From Escherichia coli (GTDB taxonomy: Bacteria; Pseudomonadota; Gammaproteobacteria; Enterobacterales; Enterobacteriaceae), in the NCBI RefSeq assembly GCF_003018255.1, contig NZ_CP027440.1: DNA of 64,000 bases. One strand, 5' to 3'. The position numbers and the translations under genes were made by a program. Below are positions 1-7,884 of the stretch, in pieces. Under the pieces are notes generated by a model. That model had not been told where the DNA came from. It did not search any database and saw nothing but the letters and a program-made list of their open reading frames with translations. Each line of letters begins with the position of its first letter. Position 1 is the first letter of the stretch.

Positions 1-312
1 CCTGAACAACTGGCACCTGCTGCGTCACCGGAGAACCCGATGGCGCAACATATAAAATCCCACAATTCTGAAGTCGATCCGGCCATTAAGCGGGGGCGGC
101 GTTCGCACGTATTTAAAACTGACTGGTACCAGCATCCCCCATGCACTGAAGAACAGGCCGAATGGCTGATCCAGTGTTACCGCAGGCGCGGATATGAGTT
201 TGAGAAAGCCCTCAGCCTCGATTATCGTCACTGGATAATCTCCGTCAGGCTCCCTTATTCCGAACGCCCACCGCGTCCGTCCCGCACATTCCAGCAGCGC
301 ATCTGGAGGTAA
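1..312 (+). CDS. hypothetical nin-region protein (either 5'-truncated by the window edge or starting at ATG 40)
   Basis: Frame 1 is open from base 1 to TAA 310-312 and abuts the next gene. No family recognised. Confidence 0.35.
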   Translation, partial: PEQLAPAASPENPMAQHIKSHNSEVDPAIKRGRRSHVFKTDWYQHPPCTEEQAEWLIQCYRRRGYEFEKALSLDYRHWIISVRLPYSERPPRPSRTFQQRIWR

Positions 313-313
313 C

Positions 314-1363
314 GTGCGGGTATTACTTCGACCTGTTCTGGTACCGGAACTCGGTCTGGTTATCGTTAAGCCAGGCCGTGAATCAATGTCAGCATTCCAT
401 AACGGCAGAATATTGGTGGAGGCGGAACCGAAAAACATGCGCGATCTGCCGTCCGGAGTCGTTCCTGCCGTTCGCCAGCCGCTGGCAGAGGATAAAACAT
501 TACTGCCATTTTTCAGCGATGAGCGGGTTATTCGTGCAGCAGGTGGTGCAGGTGCACTGTCTGACTGGTTATTACGTCACGTGAAATCCTGCCAGTGGCC
601 ACACGGCGATTATCATCACAGCGAAACAGCCATTCACCGTTATGGTACCGGCGCGATGGTGTTGTGCTGGCACTGTGACAACCAGCTGCGCGACCAGACA
701 TCAGAATCACTCGATCAACTTGCTCAGCAGAATCTGGTTGCCTGGATGATTGATGTCATCCGTCACGCAATAAGCGGTACGCAGGAGAGGGAGTTATCGC
801 TGGCCGAATTATCCTGGTGGGCGGCCTGCAATCAGGTGGTGGATGCACTACCTGAGGCAGTAGCGCGTCGTTCGCTGGGATTACCAGCGGAAAAAATCCG
901 CTCCGTATACCGTGAGAGTGACATCGTACCGGGAGAACAGACAGCCATCAGCATACTGAAGCAGCGCACAAAAAATATTGCGCTGCCACTTCACGTCCAC
1001 CAGCAACAAAATCCACCACAGAAAAAAACGGTTGTCAGTATCGCCGTTGATCCGGAGTCTCCTGAATCGTTCATGAGGCGGCCTAAACGTCGCCGTTGGG
1101 TTAATGAGAAATACACGCGCTGGGTAAAGACACAGCCGTGTGCGTGTTGTGGTAAGCCAGCTGACGATCCGCATCACCTGATTGGTCATGGTCAGGGGGG
1201 AGTGGGAACAAAGGCCCACGATATTTTCACGCTACCGTTGTGCCGGGAGCACCACAACGAACTTCATGCAGACCCGCTGAAGTTTGAGAAAAAGTACGGC
1301 TCTCAGATTGAGTTAATTTTTCGTTTTCTTGATCACGCCTTTGCGACTGGCGTGCTCGGGTAA
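314..1363 (+). CDS. DUF968 / YdfU-like prophage protein with a C-terminal Cys/His HNH-like motif
   Basis: 349 aa, GTG start. Near-colinear with my recollection of Qin prophage YdfU (MRVLLRPVLVPELGL...CACCG...DPHHLIGHG...CREHHNELH). Confidence 0.8.
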   Translation: MRVLLRPVLVPELGLVIVKPGRESMSAFHNGRILVEAEPKNMRDLPSGVVPAVRQPLAEDKTLLPFFSDERVIRAAGGAGALSDWLLRHVKSCQWPHGDYHHSETAIHRYGTGAMVLCWHCDNQLRDQTSESLDQLAQQNLVAWMIDVIRHAISGTQERELSLAELSWWAACNQVVDALPEAVARRSLGLPAEKIRSVYRESDIVPGEQTAISILKQRTKNIALPLHVHQQQNPPQKKTVVSIAVDPESPESFMRRPKRRRWVNEKYTRWVKTQPCACCGKPADDPHHLIGHGQGGVGTKAHDIFTLPLCREHHNELHADPLKFEKKYGSQIELIFRFLDHAFATGVLG

Positions 1364-1375
1364 AAGAGGTGACTG

Positions 1376-1738
1376 ATGCTCATAGATTTGGTTTTACCTT
1401 ACCCGCCGACGGTGAACACTTACTGGCGACGCCGTGGCAGCACATATTTTGTATCAAAAGCCGGGGAGCGTTATCGCCGGGCAGTGGCGCTTATTGTTCG
1501 CCAGCAGCGACTGAAATTAAGCCTGTCCGGACGGCTGGCAATAAAAATTATTGCAGAGCCACCGGATAAGCGCCGCCGTGACCTGGACAATATTCTGAAA
1601 GCACCGCTGGATGCGCTGACGCACGCGGGGTTGTTAATGGACGATGAGCAGTTTGATGAAATCAATATTGTACGTGGCAAGCCAGTATCTGGTGGACGGC
1701 TGGAGATAAGAATTACAGAGGTGGGTGTGCATGAATAA
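1376..1738 (+). CDS. rusA: RusA Holliday-junction resolvase
   Basis: 120 aa with RusA hallmarks (PPxxNxYxR..., DRRRRDLDNxxKAxxDALTxAG, GGRLEIxITE). It sits just before Q, as in lambdoid phages. Confidence 0.9.
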   Translation: MLIDLVLPYPPTVNTYWRRRGSTYFVSKAGERYRRAVALIVRQQRLKLSLSGRLAIKIIAEPPDKRRRDLDNILKAPLDALTHAGLLMDDEQFDEINIVRGKPVSGGRLEIRITEVGVHE

Positions 1739-2396
1739 CCAGTATTTACAGTTTGTTCGTGAGCAACTCATGATTGCCACTGCGGATCTTAGTGGGTCGA
1801 CAAAAGGCCAGCTGGAAGTCTGGCAGGAAAATGCCCTGTTCGATACAGGGCGTTACAGACGCAAAAAAATTCGTTACCGCGATGAGGTAACCGGAAAAAT
1901 GATCACGCGGGATAATCCCCCGATCCCGGGCAAACAATCACTGGCGAAAGGCTCATCAATTGCCCTGGTCAGTCCGGTTGAGTTTTCGACATCATCATGG
2001 CGACGCGCCGTTCTGTCTCTTGAAGAACATCATAAAGCCTGGCTGCTGTGGTGTTACAGCGGTAGCATTTGCTGGGAGCGTCAGATCGCGATAACGCAGT
2101 GGGCGTGGACTGAATTTAATGCTCAATCCGGTACCAGAAAAATTGCAGGAAAAACTCTGGTGCGCCTGAAGACGTTGATCTGGTTGGCGGCGCAGGCGGT
2201 AAAAGCTGAGTTTTTTGGTGGGGAAGGCTACGAATACCAGGAACTGGCGTTACTGGTGGGAGTAACAACCAAAAACTGGTCCAAGACATTTACTGGTCAC
2301 TGGGTTGCAATGAAACACATTTTTCATCGGCTGGATAGTGAAGCTTTATTGTTGGTGGAGGGAACACGTTCAAAACAAAAGGCGGCATTTTCATAG
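1731..2396 (+). CDS. late-gene antiterminator Q
   Basis: 221 aa from ATG 1731, SD GAGGTGGGTG upstream, 4-8 nt overlap with the rusA stop. Position is rusA-Q-pR'-tR'. The family call rests on synteny plus a remembered MNNQYLQFVREQL-type Q of EHEC prophages. Confidence 0.7.
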   Translation: MNNQYLQFVREQLMIATADLSGSTKGQLEVWQENALFDTGRYRRKKIRYRDEVTGKMITRDNPPIPGKQSLAKGSSIALVSPVEFSTSSWRRAVLSLEEHHKAWLLWCYSGSICWERQIAITQWAWTEFNAQSGTRKIAGKTLVRLKTLIWLAAQAVKAEFFGGEGYEYQELALLVGVTTKNWSKTFTGHWVAMKHIFHRLDSEALLLVEGTRSKQKAAFS

Positions 2397-2403
2397 CAAA
2401 GTA

Positions 2404-2432
2404 TTGCAAAAGTAGATAAAAAGGCATATATT
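2404..2432 (+). promoter_or_regulatory. pR'-like late promoter
   Basis: TTGCAA (2404-2409), 17-bp spacer, TATATT (2427-2432), 8 bp after the Q stop codon. Confidence 0.6.
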
Positions 2433-2484
2433 TCGTGTAAATCTGATATTTTGCCGTTATTATACGTGATGGCAAAGCCACTAA

Positions 2485-2508
2485 AACCCGTGACCGAGCG
2501 GGTTTTTT
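2485..2508 (+). terminator. tR'-like intrinsic terminator (would give a ~65-70 nt pR' short transcript)
   Basis: AACCCG-TGACCGAG-CGGGTT hairpin followed by T6. Confidence 0.7.
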
Positions 2509-2581
2509 ACCCCCCAAAAAATGGCATAGACATTAAACGTGATGACGATTGTGCCAATACTTTCTCCATCAATGACGCCCC

Positions 2582-2611
2582 TTGACTGCATGGAATCCAA
2601 TTTGTTATGTA
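2582..2611 (+). promoter_or_regulatory. candidate moron promoter for the membrane-protein gene
   Basis: TTGACT (2582-2587), 18-bp spacer, extended -10 TGtTATGTA (2603-2611). Confidence 0.35.
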
Positions 2612-2649
2612 ATGTGTGTTGATATTTTTGAGTTGTTAATGGTGTTACT

Positions 2650-3363
2650 ATGGATGACAGTGCTCTGCTCAGAAACTCTTCACTTTTTGTTGCTTATATG
2701 GGCTGTCTCGGATGGGGGAGCGCTTATTTCTATGGATGGGGTACTTCATTTTACTATGGCTTTCCATGGTGGGTTGTCGGGGCTGGTGTCGATGATGTAG
2801 CACGAAGTTTGTTTTATGCTGTGACAGTTATTGTTATATTCCTTATTGGATGGGGAGTTGGTATTGTTTTCTTTTTGGGCATAAAACAAAAGCGCAATAT
2901 ACAAAATTTGAGTTTTATCCGGCTTTTTCTCGCGATATTGCTGCTTTTTATTCCACCTGTTCTGGAGTTTTCTGTAATTCATCAGCATGTTGAGCCAGAT
3001 GTACTGATTTTCTGCGTTCTTGCTGCCTTTGCAATCACGCTTTTTGTCAGGTCTGGAAGAAGACTTGTTTCAGTCAAATGTTTTTCGGAAATGTCTGTTA
3101 TTCGCCATCACCGAATTGAGTTCATGATGGCTGGGTTTATGATTTATTTCTGGGCATTCTCTCTTATTGCCGGTTGGTACAAACCACAGTTTAAGAGGGA
3201 ATATCAGGCGGTCCACTATGAGAATGTATGGTATTACATTATTGCGCGCTATGATGATCGTCTGGTGTTATCGAAATCATACAGGAGTGGGGGTAAGAAA
3301 TTCGTTATATTTAATAGCGGAAATATTAATGATTTTGAAATTAATACTGTCAGAGTACGTTAA
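2650..3363 (+). CDS. multi-pass inner-membrane protein, unknown function (moron)
   Basis: 237 aa with about five hydrophobic Trp/Phe/Gly-rich segments followed by a ~60-aa soluble tail. AT-rich relative to neighbours. No family recognised. Confidence 0.6.
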   Translation: MDDSALLRNSSLFVAYMGCLGWGSAYFYGWGTSFYYGFPWWVVGAGVDDVARSLFYAVTVIVIFLIGWGVGIVFFLGIKQKRNIQNLSFIRLFLAILLLFIPPVLEFSVIHQHVEPDVLIFCVLAAFAITLFVRSGRRLVSVKCFSEMSVIRHHRIEFMMAGFMIYFWAFSLIAGWYKPQFKREYQAVHYENVWYYIIARYDDRLVLSKSYRSGGKKFVIFNSGNINDFEINTVRVR

Positions 3364-3536
3364 AATTTCCTGAGTAATAAAGATTTTACTGCCCGGCATT
3401 GAGCGGCTTTTTTATGCCAGAAAAATGGTGCAGTACATAAAATGTGCAGGTGGTTATTAATACCGGTCTTTCAGCTTGCTGGCTTTTTTGACAAGAGTTA
3501 TTGGTGTGTCACGTTAACCGGAAAAGGGAAAAAGAC

Positions 3537-3734
3537 ATGCTGAAACAGCAGGATATGACAGAAACCGCCAGAGCAGTTTTTAATGAATTAAGTGCCACCG
3601 AACCGGCGACAGTCGGGGAGATTGCACAGAATACGTACCTTTCACGCGAACGCTGCCAGCTAATACTGACCCAGCTTGTTATGGCGGGTCTGGCAGACTA
3701 TCAGTTCGGTTGTTACAGACGCCTTCAGTCCTGA
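3537..3734 (+). CDS. small winged-helix-like protein, unknown function
   Basis: 65 aa from ATG 3537 (the ORF-track start 3501 lacks an RBS). The segment ATVGEIAQNTYLSRERCQLILTQLVMAGL resembles an HTH. The stop codon lies inside the terminator hairpin. Confidence 0.5.
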   Translation: MLKQQDMTETARAVFNELSATEPATVGEIAQNTYLSRERCQLILTQLVMAGLADYQFGCYRRLQS

Positions 3735-3744
3735 AGGCTTTTTT
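3721..3744 (+). terminator. intrinsic terminator
   Basis: GCCTTCAG-TC-CTGAAGGC hairpin followed by T6. Confidence 0.7.
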
Positions 3745-3884
3745 ATTTGTGGTAAATGGGCGGCTGGTGGGGGTTAGGGGCACTCACCAGCCATCTGCTC
3801 ATGCGTCCGGATCACAAGCAAACCTCAGGCCCACTGCTTTGCGCAAAAGCAGAATGAGCCTATCAGAGACAGGCTTAATGATCC

Positions 3885-4943
3885 ATGTTTAATACTGTAA
3901 AAATATCCAGTTGTGAGTTAATCAACGCTGACTGCCTGGAATTTATCCGGTCGTTACCCGAAAATTCTGTTGACCTGATAGTCACGGACCCGCCGTACTT
4001 TAAAGTGAAGCCTGAGGGCTGGGATAACCAGTGGAAGGGCGACGATGACTACCTGAAGTGGCTGGACCTGTGTCTGGCGCAGTTCTGGCGGGTGCTGAAA
4101 CCTGCCGGAAGTCTTTACCTGTTCTGTGGCCATCGCCTGGCATCTGACATTGAAATCATGATGCGTGAACGCTTCAGTGTGCTGAACCATATTATCTGGG
4201 CAAAGCCGTCCGGACGCTGGAACGGGTGCAACAAGGAAAGCCTGCGGGCGTATTTCCCCGCCACAGAGCGCATTCTGTTCGCGGAACATTATCAGGGGCC
4301 GTATCGCCCGAAAGATGCCGGGTATGAGGCGAAGGGCAGGGCACTGAAACAGCATGTGATGGCCCCGCTGATTTCTTACTTTCGTGATGCGCGTGCTGCC
4401 CTGGGGATAACGGCAAAACAGATAGTGGATGCCACAGGAAAGAAAAACATGGTGTCGCACTGGTTCAGTGCCAGTCAGTGGCAGCTACCGAACGAAAGCG
4501 ATTATCTGAAATTACAGGCGCTGTTTGCCCGGGTGGCAGAAGAGAAGCATCAGCGGGGGGAACTGGAGAAGCCCCACCACCAGCTGCTGGAGACGTATAC
4601 TTCACTGAACCGGCAGTATGCGGAACTGCAGAGTGAATATAAGCATCTGCGGCGGTATTTTGGCGTGACGGCGCAGGTGCCGTACACGGATGTGTGGACG
4701 CATAAACCGGTGCAGTACTATCCCGGGAAACATCCGTGCGAAAAACCGGCAGAAATGCTGCAGCAGATAATCAGCGCGAGCAGTCGTCCGGGTGACCTGG
4801 TTGCAGATTTTTTCATGGGGTCGGGTTCGACAGTCAAAGCCGCGATGGCGCTGGGGCGTCGTGCAACTGGCGTTGAGCTGGAGACTGAACGTTTTGAGCA
4901 GACGGTCAGGGAAGTTCAGGATTTAGTCAGTCAGAACGGATGA
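3885..4943 (+). CDS. orphan DNA N6-adenine/N4-cytosine methyltransferase (beta-class, N6_N4_Mtase type)
   Basis: 352 aa. DPPY catalytic motif near the N-terminus (VTDPPYF) and the AdoMet motif FMGSGST near the C-terminus. No adjacent restriction gene. Confidence 0.9.
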   Translation: MFNTVKISSCELINADCLEFIRSLPENSVDLIVTDPPYFKVKPEGWDNQWKGDDDYLKWLDLCLAQFWRVLKPAGSLYLFCGHRLASDIEIMMRERFSVLNHIIWAKPSGRWNGCNKESLRAYFPATERILFAEHYQGPYRPKDAGYEAKGRALKQHVMAPLISYFRDARAALGITAKQIVDATGKKNMVSHWFSASQWQLPNESDYLKLQALFARVAEEKHQRGELEKPHHQLLETYTSLNRQYAELQSEYKHLRRYFGVTAQVPYTDVWTHKPVQYYPGKHPCEKPAEMLQQIISASSRPGDLVADFFMGSGSTVKAAMALGRRATGVELETERFEQTVREVQDLVSQNG

Positions 4944-4945
4944 TA

Positions 4946-4974
4946 TTGCAGGATTAGTTACGTACCGTTATTAT
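4946..4974 (+). promoter_or_regulatory. promoter of the phage tRNA genes
   Basis: TTGCAG, 17-bp spacer, TATTAT; ends 9 bp before the first tRNA. Confidence 0.6.
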
Positions 4975-4983
4975 CCTGCGACC

Positions 4984-5059
4984 GGCCCTTTAGCTCAGTG
5001 GTGAGAGCGAGCGACTCATAATCGCCAGGTCGCTGGTTCAAATCCAGCAAGGGCCACCA
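4984..5059 (+). tRNA. tRNA with CAU anticodon, ileX/ileZ-like (Ile2 lysidine type; Met cannot be excluded)
   Basis: Hand-folded cloverleaf: acceptor GGCCCTT/AAGGGCC, D arm GCTC..GAGC, anticodon loop CTCATAA, T arm GCTGG-TTCAAAT-CCAGC, encoded CCA. Closely resembles my recollection of E. coli ileX. Confidence 0.85.
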
Positions 5060-5068
5060 TATCACATA

Positions 5069-5145
5069 CCGCCATTAGCTCATCGGGATAGAGCGCCAGC
5101 CTTCGAAGCTGGCTGCGCGGGGTTCGAGTCCTCGATGGCGGTCCA
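5069..5145 (+). tRNA. tRNA-Arg (UCG anticodon)
   Basis: Hand-folded cloverleaf: acceptor CCGCCAT/ATGGCGG, D arm GCTC..GAGC, anticodon stem CCAGC/GCTGG with loop CTTCGAA, T loop GGTTCGAGTCC, encoded CCA. Confidence 0.8.
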
Positions 5146-5423
5146 TTATCTGCATTATGCGTTGTTGGTTCTGATGAGTGAATCATTGTCTTTTGAGCAA
5201 CAGGCTATCATATAAGATAGCCTCAGACTTCCTTGTTTATTCTCGCCGGATGCTTCGTAGATATTTGCAGGCATCTGTATGCAGGGGTATTATTGCGGCA
5301 TATATCATCCGGAAAAATAAAAACTACATGCTGATCCGGAGATGATAGTTACAAGTCCTCCCGGATCCCGCATATTTACTATATTTTATAGATAATTGTT
5401 CTTGTTAATATGGAGATGGATAA

Positions 5424-5852
5424 ATGTATTGCCGTGCTGTACCTGTTCTTGTTTTGATATTAGCCAGTCTGACAACTGGCTGCACAAAAGATGTATCGAC
5501 AAATAATCATGATGCTTCTCTGTATCACTCAGATAAATTAATAACGTCGCAAAAATTGAGCTCATCGGAACGTACCCCTGATGCCAGTGAAGAAATCCGG
5601 CAGTATGCCATTCAGGTCAGGAAAGCCATAGAAGAACAGTTAAAGGATGCGAGTAAGTATTCAGGAAAAGAGTGTTCACTGAGAATGTATATGGCCCCGA
5701 ATGGTCTTCTGCTACGGGTTAAAAGAGAAAGCGGTGATCCCGATTTATGTCGTGAAGCGATGAATGCAGTAAAGAATGCTGATATACCATCACCACCGTC
5801 TTCAGGAGTATATAAAGCATTTAGAAATGGCGTGCTGGATTTTAAACTCTGA
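5424..5852 (+). CDS. lipoprotein carrying a TolA C-terminal (domain III)-like domain
   Basis: 142 aa. Signal peptide plus lipobox LTTG|C. The C-terminal ~85 aa align with the remembered E. coli TolA C-terminus (YSGKECSLRMYMAPNGLLLRV..GDPDLCREAMNAV...PSPPSSGVYKAFRNGVLDFKL vs YAGKTCTLRIKLAPDGMLLDI..GDPALCQAALAAA...PKPPSQAVYEVFKNAPLDFKP). Confidence 0.8.
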   Translation: MYCRAVPVLVLILASLTTGCTKDVSTNNHDASLYHSDKLITSQKLSSSERTPDASEEIRQYAIQVRKAIEEQLKDASKYSGKECSLRMYMAPNGLLLRVKRESGDPDLCREAMNAVKNADIPSPPSSGVYKAFRNGVLDFKL

Positions 5853-5906
5853 CAGGGGGAGAAGATTTTCTCCTGTCCTGATGATTTTGGGGCGCTGGAA
5901 AGATAT

Positions 5907-6164
5907 TGTGCTGTGAAGTGTTAAATCCCTCACAATTCAGTAAGTTGACAGTTGCCTGTCAGACTGAGCATTTGTTAAAAAAATTTCGCATGGTGAATCC
6001 CCCTGTGCGGAGGGGCGACTGGTGAACGGTATGATCTCTTTGATGATCGTAAGCGAGAATACGCGGGTTTGGTGTCACCGGGCTGAACTCACCGGGAGGC
6101 ACCCGGCACCATGCTCATGGTGATACAGAAATGCGGCTTCAGCCCCTCTCCGGAGGGGCTTTCT
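5907..6164 (+). ncRNA. solitary copy (unit A) of the ~250-bp structured-RNA unit
   Basis: Same four conserved boxes as the 7885-8904 array. Closing stem 5988-5995 GCATGGTG / 6107-6114 CACCATGC. Terminator GCCCCTC-TCCG-GAGGGGC at 6141-6157. Confidence 0.5.
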
Positions 6165-6170
6165 TATGGA

Positions 6171-6239
6171 CAAAAAAAGCCCGCGCTGGGAGACGCGGGC
6201 GGCAAGGAATAAACAATAAAACGTGAAGTAATACTTCAA
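6171..6239 (-). ncRNA. candidate small RNA, copy 1 (promoter to intrinsic terminator)
   Basis: Minus strand: TTGCGC (6275-6270), 18-bp spacer, TATTAT (6251-6246), then ~69 nt ending in GCCCGCG-TCTCCCAG-CGCGGGC plus U7. Paralogue at 8911-8989. Confidence 0.5.
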
Positions 6240-6320
6240 CTGGCGAATAATACCCGACAGTAATCACTCTGCGCAATAGCGTGGCCTTTTTCGAATTGCG
6301 GGCTGTAGTCTCCCTTCTGC

Positions 6321-6484
6321 CGGGTGTCCTGGTTGCAGATTTCTTCATGGGGTAGGGTTCGGCAGTTAAAGCAGCGATGGTGCTGGGGCGTCGTGCAACT
6401 GGCGTTGAGCTGGATACCGGGCGTTTTGAACAGACTGCGCAGGAAATCAGGGATGTATTTAGCGGGAGCGGTTTGCAGAAGTAA
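6321..6484 (+). pseudogene. 3'-terminal remnant of a second DNA methyltransferase gene
   Basis: Nucleotide-level similarity to 4789-4943 (CCTGGTTGCAGATTT..TTCATGGGGT.GGGTTCG...GGGGCGTCGTGCAACTGGCGTTGAGCTGGA). Has an in-frame TAG (ATG GGG TAG) and lacks the 5' ~900 bp. Confidence 0.8.
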
Positions 6485-6547
6485 TCTCCCAAAATGCCAT
6501 TTTTGGAATATACTGGTATTAAGTCTTTTTGCTCAGGTTAATTCAAA

Positions 6548-7273
6548 ATGGATGTTGCCTGCTCTGTGGTCCTGATTCGCTATCCGATAGATATTTTTCT
6601 TGAAAAAGAAAAAGTTTCACTCGATGCCGGAAGTGTTATGCTTGTTGCCAGAAATATAAGAGGGCTTTTCTGTGCTTATGCCGACAGAGTGAAAATGGCA
6701 GATATAAGTAACAGCGTCGTCAATCAGTATCTGGAAAGGGAGTGTGAACTGACGGAGTATACACCGACAAAAATGCCTCTTTATTTGATGTCTGATATTT
6801 ACAATACGGAACTGGCGGAGGCTTTAATAACCCAGCATAGTGAATCCAGTGATACTTTGAAGGATTTCTCTGTTATAACCGCATTTTCATGTATCTCCTT
6901 ATTTGCAACAGACAGACGTCTGCCATTATTTTTGTCCGGTGCTGTAAATAATATCAGCTGTAAAGTAAGGGCTATAATTCAGACCGACATATCGGCAGGC
7001 TGGATGCTTGGTGTGATTGCATTACAATTGCATATGAGCGAAAGCTTGTTGAAGCGAAAACTTAAGGATGAAGGTTATAGCTTTAGTCGGTTGTTGCTGG
7101 AGGAGCGAATGCGTGTTGCTGTTAATCTTGTATGTTTCCAGCGAGAGTGTGGACAAGCGATAGCGGAAAAATGTGGTTACTCAAGTAAGTCCTACTTCAT
7201 TTCTGTATTTCACCAGTATTATGGTGCACCACCTGAGAGCTATGCATATTTGCAGAAAGCAGACGTTATCTGA
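6548..7273 (+). CDS. AraC/XylS-family transcriptional regulator (prophage Psr/PatE-like)
   Basis: 241 aa. The C-terminal double HTH is typical of AraC (LLKRKLKDEGYSFSRLLLEERMRVAVNLV...IAEKCGYSSKSYFISVFHQYYGAPP). AT-rich moron. Confidence 0.8.
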   Translation: MDVACSVVLIRYPIDIFLEKEKVSLDAGSVMLVARNIRGLFCAYADRVKMADISNSVVNQYLERECELTEYTPTKMPLYLMSDIYNTELAEALITQHSESSDTLKDFSVITAFSCISLFATDRRLPLFLSGAVNNISCKVRAIIQTDISAGWMLGVIALQLHMSESLLKRKLKDEGYSFSRLLLEERMRVAVNLVCFQRECGQAIAEKCGYSSKSYFISVFHQYYGAPPESYAYLQKADVI

Positions 7274-7362
7274 TGTTTTTTCATCAGGCATATATTGATT
7301 GACTGTATTAGATATAGTCTGAATGTGTTCAGCATAAAAAGTTATAATCATTTGGTGTTTGC

Positions 7363-7641
7363 GTGAATATTGATGAGAAAATCAGATGTAGCCAACTGTT
7401 ACAGCGTATTGAAGCCGTCAATGTGGAACGAACAAAGGTCTTCAGTCGTCTGACAGTTTTATTTTGTACCCCTGATCGACGTTCAGGTCAGGAGATGGTT
7501 CTTCTGGATGTAGATGCACTTCGGAACGTCTGTGAGGAGTTCACCGCGGCTAATTCGGAGTTACTGAGTCTTGTTCAGGAGTACAACAGAATTGCAGGTA
7601 GTAACGGTTTTGATGAAATCAAAATTATATCCCGTGGATAA
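7363..7641 (+). CDS. hypothetical protein
   Basis: 92 aa, GTG start. Followed by the CCTGTAT...ATACAGG hairpin plus T-run (7651-7680). No family recognised. Confidence 0.4.
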   Translation: MNIDEKIRCSQLLQRIEAVNVERTKVFSRLTVLFCTPDRRSGQEMVLLDVDALRNVCEEFTAANSELLSLVQEYNRIAGSNGFDEIKIISRG

Positions 7642-7884
7642 AACATATCCTGTATATTTATGTTGTTACATACAGGCGCTTTTAGTATCTGCCGCACGGC
7701 AGTTGTACTTCAGAATAAGATGCTTTTGTGACTGGTGGTGTTGTATCTGGGGTTAGCCAGTAGGCAGGTTCAGAGAGTCCGGTGGTAATTATGTGTATGC
7801 AGTGGTTGTTGCTGTACCGTGGGCAAGTTCTGGAACTGGCTTCGTCCATTGTAGATGATTGTTAGCTGGATATCAGTTACCTCA

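Noticed and set aside
5146-5300. A third phage tRNA (Stx phages carry three, as I recall)
   Set aside because: I could not fold any cloverleaf with a T-loop or matching acceptor stem in this stretch. Only a simple hairpin (GGCTATC..GATAGCC) is present.
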